From the IMG/VR virus record IMGVR_UViG_3300038312_000392, positions 1 through 31,751 of that record: 31,751 nucleotides of DNA. One strand, written 5' to 3'. Below the pieces are notes generated by a model. That model saw only the letters and a program-made list of their open reading frames with translations. It had not been told where the DNA came from and did not search any database. Each line of letters opens with the position of its first letter. The first letter of the stretch is position 1. The DNA is from a virus. Taxonomy: Duplodnaviria > Caudoviricetes. Both the position numbers and the translations under genes were made by a program. This document shows positions 24,654-31,751 of the stretch, one piece after another.

Positions 24654-26272
24654 TGGTTTCTTCCCTCATTTTGAATTTCATCCTCGGCCGTCTGGATTCG
24701 TCGCCCGATCCACGCCATCACGTTTATACACATGCTGTTGCCGCAGGCTTTGTATCTTGGGGCGTCGGGACATTCCTCCTCCGGCAGCCCCTTCCACGGA
24801 ATCCGCGTGTGATGATCGGGAAATCCCATCAGGCGTTCGCACTCGACCGGAAGCAGCCGCCGGACGGAGGCGTTCTGCGCCACCCCGTGGACTCCGGTGC
24901 AGTTGAGAGTGTAGGAGAGTTCCTCCTGTGCTCCGGTTCCGTTGCCGCCGTTTTCGACTTTGCGTCCGATGATGTTTTCGGCAATCGCCACTGCCGGAGT
25001 CACTTGGCTCCGCATGGTCGGGAACACCCCGTCCGAGTAGCATTGCTGGATGCCGCCCGCATCGTTCTTGATGAAACCGAGCACGTCCTCCAGCACCAGC
25101 GGGAGGTTGTTGCCGCCCGTCCCGGCTTTCGCCGAAAGCACCGGCGCGACCTTGATCTCCGACACCCGGCTGTCCTGCCCATGATTCTCGAAACAGACCG
25201 CCTTGCCGCCTTTATAGTCGGTGGAGATGAGCGTCGGGGAGACGTCGCCGCCACCGGCTTCGATCTGCCGCATGTCGAGGCATATCAGCGATTCCGAACC
25301 GCCGCCGTTGGTTCCGCCGGAAGCTCGCAGGGCGGCGGCGTTCCCGGATTCGCTGAAGACGCCATGCCCGTTCTCCACCACGCATTGCAGCCGCGCCTTG
25401 TCCGGCATCAGCTGGTTGTGGCTGGTGCAGGTCAGGGTGTCGGCGAGGTCGGAGCCGTTCCACCACTTTGCCGGATCAGCGCCAGCTTCAGCACCGGCGG
25501 CAGTGTCCGCCCTCTTCGTTCGGCGCGGCGGAGTATCCCCTCCGAGCATTTCGCCGTCAAATAATACTTGGGCGGGACGCTCCCAGCTTCCAAGATGTCC
25601 GACAACGAAGAGACGTCGCCGTCGCTGCGGGATCGCCCTCGGAAATTCGGGAACTCGGGTATATTGAGCGTCAAGCACTCGCCACGCCACTCCGAAACAT
25701 CCGGGCGCGGGGGTGACGATCCCGGACTTCCGCCATCCGCCGTTGGGGACGGGGACTTCCCATCCTGCGAGCAGCGATAGGAATCCGGCAAAATCGCTTC
25801 CGGATTCGCCTGAACTAAGCAGGCCCGGCACGTTTTCAAAGACAAGCCACCGGGCATTTGAGCGGTAAGCCAGCTTGACAAACTCAAGCGAGAGGTTGCC
25901 CCTGGGGTCGGAGAGTCCCTTCCGCAGCCCGGCCACAGAGTAGCTTTGGCACGGGCAGCCGCCGACGAGCAGGTCGATGTTTCCGTCATAATCCTCATTC
26001 CTTATTTTGGTGAAGTCGCCGAGATTCGGGATCGTCCCGCCCTCCGGCATTCCGGCGATCAGTTTTTGCCAGCTTTCGCGGAGCTTGCGGTCTTTGCCGT
26101 TCGCCGCCTCCGCCGGGTCGAGCGGGCGCAGAGGCCGCGTCGCCCCGAACCGGTGCGCCAGCACCGCCGCCGGGAATGGTTCGACCTCGGCGAAAAATTT
26201 CGCCTCCCAGCCGAGCCGCCCCCAGGCCAGCGAGGCGGCTTCCACCCCACTGCATACGCTTCCATAATTCAT
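24650..26272 (-). CDS. dcm: DNA (cytosine-5)-methyltransferase, 540 aa
   Basis: Start moved to MNYGSVCSG (motif I variant). GGCPCQ (IV), ENVPG (VI), PQRRRR (VIII), RRLLPVECERLMGFP (IX), RYKACGNS (X). Confidence 0.95.
   Translation of the reverse strand: MNYGSVCSGVEAASLAWGRLGWEAKFFAEVEPFPAAVLAHRFGATRPLRPLDPAEAANGKDRKLRESWQKLIAGMPEGGTIPNLGDFTKIRNEDYDGNIDLLVGGCPCQSYSVAGLRKGLSDPRGNLSLEFVKLAYRSNARWLVFENVPGLLSSGESGSDFAGFLSLLAGWEVPVPNGGWRKSGIVTPAPGCFGVAWRVLDAQYTRVPEFPRAIPQRRRRLFVVGHLGSWERPAQVLFDGEMLGGDTPPRRTKRADTAAGAEAGADPAKWWNGSDLADTLTCTSHNQLMPDKARLQCVVENGHGVFSESGNAAALRASGGTNGGGSESLICLDMRQIEAGGGDVSPTLISTDYKGGKAVCFENHGQDSRVSEIKVAPVLSAKAGTGGNNLPLVLEDVLGFIKNDAGGIQQCYSDGVFPTMRSQVTPAVAIAENIIGRKVENGGNGTGAQEELSYTLNCTGVHGVAQNASVRRLLPVECERLMGFPDHHTRIPWKGLPEEECPDAPRYKACGNSMCINVMAWIGRRIQTAEDEIQNEGRNQ
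25432..25989 (-). CDS. Overprinted alternative-frame ORF resembling the N-terminal part of M.EcoHK31I polypeptide beta
   Basis: GLSLKT, WRGECLTLN and SSLSDILE...PPKYYLT...GILRRAERRGRTLP..L motifs. AAGGA/GAGG upstream of ATG 25989. Confidence 0.7.
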   Translation of the reverse strand: MTETSTCSSAAARAKATLWPGCGRDSPTPGATSRLSLSSWLTAQMPGGLSLKTCRACLVQANPEAILPDSYRCSQDGKSPSPTADGGSPGSSPPRPDVSEWRGECLTLNIPEFPNFRGRSRSDGDVSSLSDILEAGSVPPKYYLTAKCSEGILRRAERRGRTLPPVLKLALIRQSGGTAPTSPTP

Positions 26273-26429
26273 TTGACATCTCCGATGGTTTCGACAGTTT
26301 TTTGTCACATCGGGTATATCTCCAAAAAAAATAAAATCCCGTTGATTTTTTTGGTGTTTTTTCAAAAAAAAAGAAAAAAAGTTCCGCCAGACTATTTCAG
26401 CCGGGCGGAACGAGAGGAATGATACCTTT

Positions 26430-26810
26430 TCAGATGCCGAGAAACAGCCGCTCCTGCTCCCTCCATGATTCAGGAATGGCGTTCCGCAGCGCGGCGACAG
26501 TCAACGACTTCGGGATATCGCCCATGAGTATCCTGTGGATTATGGCCGGTGACAGCGTCGCCAAACGGATCGTTCTTGCTATCACCCCTTGGTCGATGCC
26601 CAGCTCCTTTGCCATCTCCACGGTGTTGGCGAACCGCCCCTCGTCGATGCACTTCTGCCAGCGGAAGGCACGGGCGACGTGGAGCACCAGCGGCTCGCAT
26701 CCGTCCATCGGGCTGCCGGGGGCGATGATCCGCCGTCTGCCGGATATCCCGCGCAGGACATAGTCCACCGTCACTTCAAGATTCCCGTTCTCCAATATCC
26801 TACTCTGCAT
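26430..26810 (-). CDS. HTH protein associated with serine recombinase modules, 126 aa
   Basis: ARAFRWQ...D.G.F....EMAKELGID...IAR.IRLA.LSP.I and P.SW.EQ motifs. Overlaps the recombinase stop. Confidence 0.8.
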   Translation of the reverse strand: MQSRILENGNLEVTVDYVLRGISGRRRIIAPGSPMDGCEPLVLHVARAFRWQKCIDEGRFANTVEMAKELGIDQGVIARTIRLATLSPAIIHRILMGDIPKSLTVAALRNAIPESWREQERLFLGI

Positions 26811-28077
26811 TGTATGCCTCCATTATCGATTGGATTCCGGCCGTGCGGACTTCCAATTTGATGTCTTTTTCGTTTATGCTCACACGCTCAAGCAGCATCT
26901 GCATGAGCCGTTGCCGCTCTCCCGGAGTGACTTCATCCCAGAATCTCTCCGAGAACATCTCGATGATGTCGCGCGGCTTCTCTCCAGTCTGTTTCGCCAC
27001 TTCGAGGACGATCTCCGGGGCGGCGAGGATCGTCTTTATCTGCTCGTGGACGATCTTCTCGATCTCCCCCGCCGAGACTGATTTCACGGGGCATATCGAT
27101 TCCGGACGCTTCCGATCCTTGGCGCATTGGTAATAATGGTGGATGCGCCCATGGCGCTTCGACCGGATCGGCGTCATCGAGCCATTGCAATGCCCGCATT
27201 TCAGGATGTCGCGGAGCGGGGCGGCGAACTCCAGACGACTGGTGTTGTCCCGGTCTCCGCGCATAGGTGCGTTGGCCGCCAGGAACTTGCGACTCATCTC
27301 CCATGTATCTCGGTCGATGATCGCCTCCTGTTCGCCTTGGAATATCTCACCCTTGTAGAGGATTTCCCCGATGTAGTGATGGTTGTTGAGCACGCCGTAG
27401 ATCTTCTGCTTCGTCCATGGCTTCCCCTGCTTCGTCCAGCGCTCCTCCTTGTTCAGCTCGTAGGCGATGTTCTTCGGCGACTGGATTTCGAGAAAACGCC
27501 GGAAAATCATCCTCACCAGCTCCGCCTCCGCCGGTTCGACCGCCAGCTTCTTGTCTACAACCTTGTAGCCCAGCGCAACGCTGCCGCCGACCCACTTGCC
27601 TTTCTTCCGGCTGGCTGACATCTTGTCGCGAATGCGCTCTGCGATGACCTCGCGTTCGTATTGCGCGAAGGTGATGAGGATGTTCAGCATCATCCGCCCG
27701 GCACTGGTCGCCGTGTTGATCTCCTGTGTGACCGCCACGAAATCGACGTTCCATTGGTCGAACTTCCTGCTCAATTCAGCAAAATCGCAAATTGAACGCG
27801 AGAGCCGGTCGAGCTTATAGACGATGATGATGTCGATCAATCCGGCCTCCACATCGGCGAGCAGCTTCTTCAGGCCGGGCCGGTTGACGTTGCCGCCCGA
27901 CCAGCCGCCATCGTCATAGCGTTCCGGCAGGCACACCCACCCGTTCGACTTCTGGCTGGCGATGTAGTTCTCCCCCGCTTCCCGCTGGGCGTCGAGCGAG
28001 TTGAACTCCTGCTCCAAGCCGTCCTCGACGCTTTTACGCGTATAAATCGCGCAACGTTTCGGTTTGATTTCCTCCAT
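26800..28077 (-). CDS. Large serine recombinase or integrase
   Basis: CAIYTRKS catalytic Ser, YKLDRLSR, FAQYERE.I.ER, recombinase domain, and CGHC...C...C zinc ribbon. Confidence 0.95.
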   Translation of the reverse strand: MEEIKPKRCAIYTRKSVEDGLEQEFNSLDAQREAGENYIASQKSNGWVCLPERYDDGGWSGGNVNRPGLKKLLADVEAGLIDIIIVYKLDRLSRSICDFAELSRKFDQWNVDFVAVTQEINTATSAGRMMLNILITFAQYEREVIAERIRDKMSASRKKGKWVGGSVALGYKVVDKKLAVEPAEAELVRMIFRRFLEIQSPKNIAYELNKEERWTKQGKPWTKQKIYGVLNNHHYIGEILYKGEIFQGEQEAIIDRDTWEMSRKFLAANAPMRGDRDNTSRLEFAAPLRDILKCGHCNGSMTPIRSKRHGRIHHYYQCAKDRKRPESICPVKSVSAGEIEKIVHEQIKTILAAPEIVLEVAKQTGEKPRDIIEMFSERFWDEVTPGERQRLMQMLLERVSINEKDIKLEVRTAGIQSIMEAYNAE

Positions 28078-28078
28078 G

Positions 28079-28522
28079 TCACTTCACCCCGAAGAATAGT
28101 TTGCCGTTCCAGCGCGTCCCTGTGATTTCACGGGCGATGGCCGAAAGCGAGCGGTATGTCTTATCCTGGAACTCGAATGTGCCGTCGCCAAGGGCGGTTA
28201 CCTCGTATTCCGCCCCTTTCCAGACGCGCCGGAACCTCGTCCCCTCGCGCCGCGTCACTTTCGTCGCCCCGGCGATCTGGAGGTTCGCCAGCGGGTCTTT
28301 CGCCGCCACCGCCTCCAGCGTCTCCATGTCCCTGTCGGAAATCCCTCCGTAATAAATCTCCTGCAGCCGGTAGGCGATCCGCTTGCGCAGATTCCGCGCG
28401 CTCGTCTTGCCGGGCTTGAACCCGTAAAGCTCCTCGAACTTCTCCGCCAGCTCCGTCATCCCTTTTCGGTTGACGGCGTCGAGCTGGCGGGCGAGTATTT
28501 CCTCGTTCCTTTCCATTTTCAC
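28079..28522 (-). CDS. DUF2924 family protein
   Basis: IAYRLQE..YGG, GTRFRRVWKG and YRSLSAIAREITGTRWNG..FFG motifs. Start is GTG 28522 or ATG 28516. Confidence 0.92.
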   Translation of the reverse strand: MKMERNEEILARQLDAVNRKGMTELAEKFEELYGFKPGKTSARNLRKRIAYRLQEIYYGGISDRDMETLEAVAAKDPLANLQIAGATKVTRREGTRFRRVWKGAEYEVTALGDGTFEFQDKTYRSLSAIAREITGTRWNGKLFFGVK

Positions 28523-28591
28523 TTCTCTCCTGTCTCGTTATTTATAAATGGTTTGCAATTCCCAACCGGAATCCTTCTCCGGCACGCCGTC

Positions 28592-28620
28592 ATATAAGCG
28601 TGCCTTTCGTTTCTTATCCA
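28592..28620 (-). promoter_or_regulatory. Bipartite phage promoter-like motif, copy 2 (TGGATA-N14-CGCTTATAT)
   Basis: Upstream of the DUF2924-recombinase operon, same spacing as the other copies. Confidence 0.6.
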
Positions 28621-28706
28621 GTCGGCATTGCCTTTATTCTGCGGATAACCGCTGAAATAAGCAGTATCGCCTGCAATATGTGGTCGGGAATCGTGTCTTT
28701 AGCCAT
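28614..28706 (-). CDS. Possible 30-aa peptide
   Basis: GGAGG RBS, ATG overlapping the terminase end. MAKDTIPDHILQAILLISAVIRRIKAMPTG. Confidence 0.4.
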   Translation of the reverse strand: MAKDTIPDHILQAILLISAVIRRIKAMPTG

Positions 28707-31038
28707 TTCTGTTCCTCCGTAGTTCTGATAATATGATCTGTCCTTTCGCAGGCTTCGCCACGCCGCCGCTCCGCGCCTTATGCACGTCCGAGAGCCGTAT
28801 CCCCGGGCGGTTTCGCCTTTTCGCCGCCGCCGCGGACAACTCCGGCAGCGTCGCACCGAGCATGGAGGCGCAGACGGCGCACCCCGCGAGGCAGTCGAGC
28901 CAGTGGTTGTCGGGGCGGTCGGGTTTCTGCTTCCACTCGTCAACCGACCTGCCGCGCCCTTCCGTCCTGATGCGGTACTCGGCAGTCAGATGTTCCGCGA
29001 GCTGCTGATGGACGCCGGGGATACGGCCGTAGAGCGACAGCGCCCCCTTGTCGCCGAGCGGCACCGCGAGCCGGGCGTGGACGAACGATTTCCAGTAGTT
29101 CGTGTCATAGACGACATGCCGGATCGCCCGCTTCCCGGTGACGGAAGGCATCATCCAGTTGAACCCGATGCGGTCACCGACCTGCTTGCGGTACTCGGTC
29201 ATCGGTTTCGAACTCGCGCCGACATACCGTCCGTGCGACGGCAGGATCACGCCCGAAAACGCGCTCTGGCGGCAGAACTGGTAGACGATGTCCGTGCTCT
29301 GCCCCCAATTCGCGTCGACCAGCACCCGCTCGATCTTCAGCATCGCGCCGTCCTCCCGCTCCCATTCGCGACCAAGCCGGTCTTCGGTCAGCTCGTTCAA
29401 GGCGGCGTACAGTCCGCCCTCCAGCCCCGCGTTCGGAAACATCGACTGGATGGAGGGGTTCGCATCGGCAAGCGAAAACTGCCGCCGGTGCTGATCCGGC
29501 CATGCGCTGTAATCGATGACCGCGCCCGTGAAATCTTCACTCCACGCCACCACCACATAAAACAACAGCGCTTTCTGCACGTCGACGAACATCGTCAGCC
29601 GGTCGCAACCGAGCGGGACGCGCCCCTTCGCCAGCCCGCCGATCTTGGCGCAGATATCGTCCACGGAAAGCAGGGATTCGCCGCATTCATCCTCCGGCAA
29701 CGGGTCGTTCTGATACTCGCTTTGAAATGCCGCCTCGTCCTGGAATTTCAGATTCATCGCATGCTGGAGCGCAGAGATTTCATCATGGTTGAACCGCGCG
29801 CCCCACGCCACCTTTGCGCCCCGTTCCATCTCCTCGCGATTGGCTGAATAGAACTCGGTCGCTGCGGCAAAATTGCCATCCGTTCGCAGCGATTCCGCGC
29901 GAATTTCGGCATACTTCTCCCATAGTTTCATGTTGGTCGGGAACTTGTAGATCATCTTCGTCTTTTCGCCGTTCCAGTCGGGGTGGCTCTGCCGGTCAAG
30001 TATGATGTCGGCCATGTCGCCGGGGCGAATGATCGTACACGGCATGATACCGGAAATCTTCTGCCCCGGCCCGGCGAGACCGAGGATGTCTCCGGCAAGG
30101 ACGCGCACCCGCTTCCGGGTCTGCTCCAAGCTTCCCGCCGATTCCGAGGTCTGCGGGTCGTCGATGATGACCAGCGAGGGGCGGACGCTCCGCCCGTCCG
30201 AACGCTTGTATTTCATTCCGCGCACTCGACCGGTGATCCCGGCGACGCGCACGACCACCCCGGATGCCTTGCTCCCCGCCACGGTCGGCAGCACGATCTC
30301 GTTGCTCGTCCAAGTGATGCGGGTGCGCTCACCCTTGAACAATTGCCCCGCGCACCGGTTGGCGATCCCCTCCAGCTGCGCGATGGGGAAGCTCACCTCC
30401 GGAAAGTCCTCCGCCAACCGCTCGTTCACTTCAAGCTCGGTCTTGATGCTATCGAGCATTTCGAGAGCCGCCGCCTCGGTCGCGCCGATCAGCGTCACGA
30501 ACTCCCGATGTCCATAAAGCATCGCCCACAGGCAGGCGGTTTCAGCGAGCGAACTCTTGCCCGAACCGCGCGGCATCGCCAAAGCGAACAGACCGCCCGA
30601 CAACACCGCCGTCTCGATCTTGCCGATGGCTTTCAAGTGATCCGGCGACCAGTCGAGCGAGTAGGTTTCCGGGAAATAGGTCTCGCAAAAGAGGCGGAAG
30701 TTCCGCTCGCACTCCGCCTTGCGGCAGAGATCCACGACATCCGGCAGCGGCCCGATGTCGCGTCCGGCGAGCGACTGCTCCGCTTGCCTGGAACGTTCCG
30801 CATCGCGCCGCTCGTCATAGCTTCTGCCGCCAGGATCAGGCGCGGCATGTTTCCGATCATAGAGATACGCGATGTATTTCAGCAGATTGATGTTGCGAGC
30901 ATTGTCGGCGGCGGCGATACGAAACCCCACCCGATTGAAGTCGCGGTAGATGCGCGACTGCTCCAGAACGAAACCGAGCGGGGTCGAATTCAGCAGCCGT
31001 GCCACTTCGATGGGGCGCATGCTATTCGGATTGATCAT
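28699..31038 (-). CDS. terL: Terminase large subunit (GpA-type nuclease domain) with N-terminal HTH-like extension
   Basis: Start moved to MINPNSM. Walker A AMPRGSGKS, Walker B LVIIDDPQ, nuclease FVDVQ, LVDANWG and DNHWLDC. Confidence 0.93.
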   Translation of the reverse strand: MINPNSMRPIEVARLLNSTPLGFVLEQSRIYRDFNRVGFRIAAADNARNINLLKYIAYLYDRKHAAPDPGGRSYDERRDAERSRQAEQSLAGRDIGPLPDVVDLCRKAECERNFRLFCETYFPETYSLDWSPDHLKAIGKIETAVLSGGLFALAMPRGSGKSSLAETACLWAMLYGHREFVTLIGATEAAALEMLDSIKTELEVNERLAEDFPEVSFPIAQLEGIANRCAGQLFKGERTRITWTSNEIVLPTVAGSKASGVVVRVAGITGRVRGMKYKRSDGRSVRPSLVIIDDPQTSESAGSLEQTRKRVRVLAGDILGLAGPGQKISGIMPCTIIRPGDMADIILDRQSHPDWNGEKTKMIYKFPTNMKLWEKYAEIRAESLRTDGNFAAATEFYSANREEMERGAKVAWGARFNHDEISALQHAMNLKFQDEAAFQSEYQNDPLPEDECGESLLSVDDICAKIGGLAKGRVPLGCDRLTMFVDVQKALLFYVVVAWSEDFTGAVIDYSAWPDQHRRQFSLADANPSIQSMFPNAGLEGGLYAALNELTEDRLGREWEREDGAMLKIERVLVDANWGQSTDIVYQFCRQSAFSGVILPSHGRYVGASSKPMTEYRKQVGDRIGFNWMMPSVTGKRAIRHVVYDTNYWKSFVHARLAVPLGDKGALSLYGRIPGVHQQLAEHLTAEYRIRTEGRGRSVDEWKQKPDRPDNHWLDCLAGCAVCASMLGATLPELSAAAAKRRNRPGIRLSDVHKARSGGVAKPAKGQIILSELRRNRNG

Positions 31039-31225
31039 CGGAAGCCTCCTTCGCCAGCCATGCTGCATAGTTTATGAGATTGAAAGTGCCGTCTGGATTC
31101 ACCGGCGCGCCAGCCTCGATGTCGGCGGCAAGCGGCTCCTCGGAGACCGACCGGCATCCGACCTGCTTCAGCAACCTAACCAGCATATCCGAGGTTAATG
31201 CGGTGAGTTTCAGGGGATTATCCAT
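31022..31225 (-). CDS. Small Nu1-like winged-helix protein, terminase small subunit candidate, 67 aa
   Basis: Start moved to MDNPLKL. DIEAGAPVNPDGTFNLINYAAWL. Overlaps the terL start. Confidence 0.65.
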   Translation of the reverse strand: MDNPLKLTALTSDMLVRLLKQVGCRSVSEEPLAADIEAGAPVNPDGTFNLINYAAWLAKEASDDQSE

Positions 31226-31254
31226 ATATTTCGCCTTTATGTTGAGATGTGGAG

Positions 31255-31283
31255 TGGATATGCCCCCGACTCCACGCTTATGT
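31255..31283 (+). promoter_or_regulatory. Bipartite phage promoter-like motif, copy 3 (TGGATA-N14-CGCTTATGT)
   Basis: 27 nt upstream of the HTH gene start, same spacing as the other copies. Confidence 0.6.
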
Positions 31284-31310
31284 ATGCCCAACCCAAACAA
31301 GGAGGTCAGA

Positions 31311-31751
31311 ATGAGCAACCAGGTAAAAGTCGGAACCATCGCCACGGTCAAAGTCGGACGCAACGAAGTCACGGTCGAAATCATCGCCGTCACGGAACAC
31401 GGCTGGATGGTGAAAAGCCAGTCCAGCGGAAAGGAGTTCGAAGCGAAGAAGCTCGAACGGATCGTCAGCGAACCGGTGGAGCCGATGCCGGAACCGGTAG
31501 CCTCCAAAGGAAAGCCGGAGAAGAACCTTTCGCTCCTGAACGCCGCCGCCAGAATCCTCGAAACCGAGTCGCCGCTCAACGTCAAGGAGCTGGTCGCCAA
31601 AGCGGCGGAACTCGGCCTCTGGATTCCGACCGCCGCCAAGACTCCGGAGCAGAGCCTTTACTCGGCAATCTTCCGCGAGATCGGCGGCAAAGAAACCCCG
31701 CGCTTCCGCAAAAGCGAATCGCGCAAGGGCTGCTTCGAATTGGTGAAGTGA
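31311..31751 (+). CDS. Winged-helix protein with C-terminal HARE-HTH-like domain, 146 aa
   Basis: AAGGAGG RBS, start MSNQVKVG. SLLNAAARIL....PLNVKEL and KTPEQSLYSAIFREI....RF.K...G.F.L motifs. Confidence 0.85.
   Translation: MSNQVKVGTIATVKVGRNEVTVEIIAVTEHGWMVKSQSSGKEFEAKKLERIVSEPVEPMPEPVASKGKPEKNLSLLNAAARILETESPLNVKELVAKAAELGLWIPTAAKTPEQSLYSAIFREIGGKETPRFRKSESRKGCFELVK

Larger units (their letters stand above)
1..31751. mobile_element. Temperate siphovirus-like phage or prophage (partial: packaging, head, tail, fibre and integration modules)
   Basis: Co-oriented terminase, portal, capsid, tail tube, tape measure and fibre genes with many ATGA overlaps, plus a serine recombinase. No sheath or baseplate wedge genes recognised. 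No att ends identified. Confidence 0.95.

Noticed and set aside
24650-26272. Restriction-modification system
   Set aside because: No endonuclease gene adjacent, so it is treated as an orphan phage methyltransferase.
26273-26365. Longer N-terminus of the methyltransferase given by the ORF track
   Set aside because: Runs through AT-rich intergenic tracts. Motif I and a GGAG RBS support ATG 26272.
1-31751. CRISPR array, tRNA, rRNA, IS elements, att repeats, cos site
   Set aside because: None recognised by eye. Short att or cos sites cannot be excluded without flanking sequence.

Overview
The whole window is the packaging, head and tail region of a temperate siphovirus-like phage or prophage, read mostly on the minus strand from right to left. 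The order is: Nu1-like small terminase candidate, GpA-type large terminase, a DUF2924/large serine recombinase module, a C5 DNA methyltransferase with an overprinted second gene, gpW-like adaptor, lambda-type portal, fused protease-scaffold-major capsid, DUF2190 decoration protein, neck and tail genes, tail chaperone with a probable -1 frameshift, tape measure and tail-tip or fibre genes. Two opposite-strand morons are present (a DUF4160/DUF2442 pair and a YjhP-like methyltransferase), plus a small-gene operon at the left end. The most striking feature lies inside the fibre module. An AIDA-I/TibA-type strand-loop-strand repeat protein with no signal peptide or beta-barrel is followed directly by an apparently intact Aah/TibC-family O-heptosyltransferase, which is translationally coupled to a second DUF2190 capsid-decoration paralogue. 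This suggests a phage-encoded system that heptosylates a virion fibre or adhesin. Also notable are a 29-bp bipartite promoter-like motif present three times and the nested M.EcoHK31I-beta-like ORF. All family calls come from motif recognition by eye, with no database search. A PVC (Lentisphaerae-like) host is only a guess.
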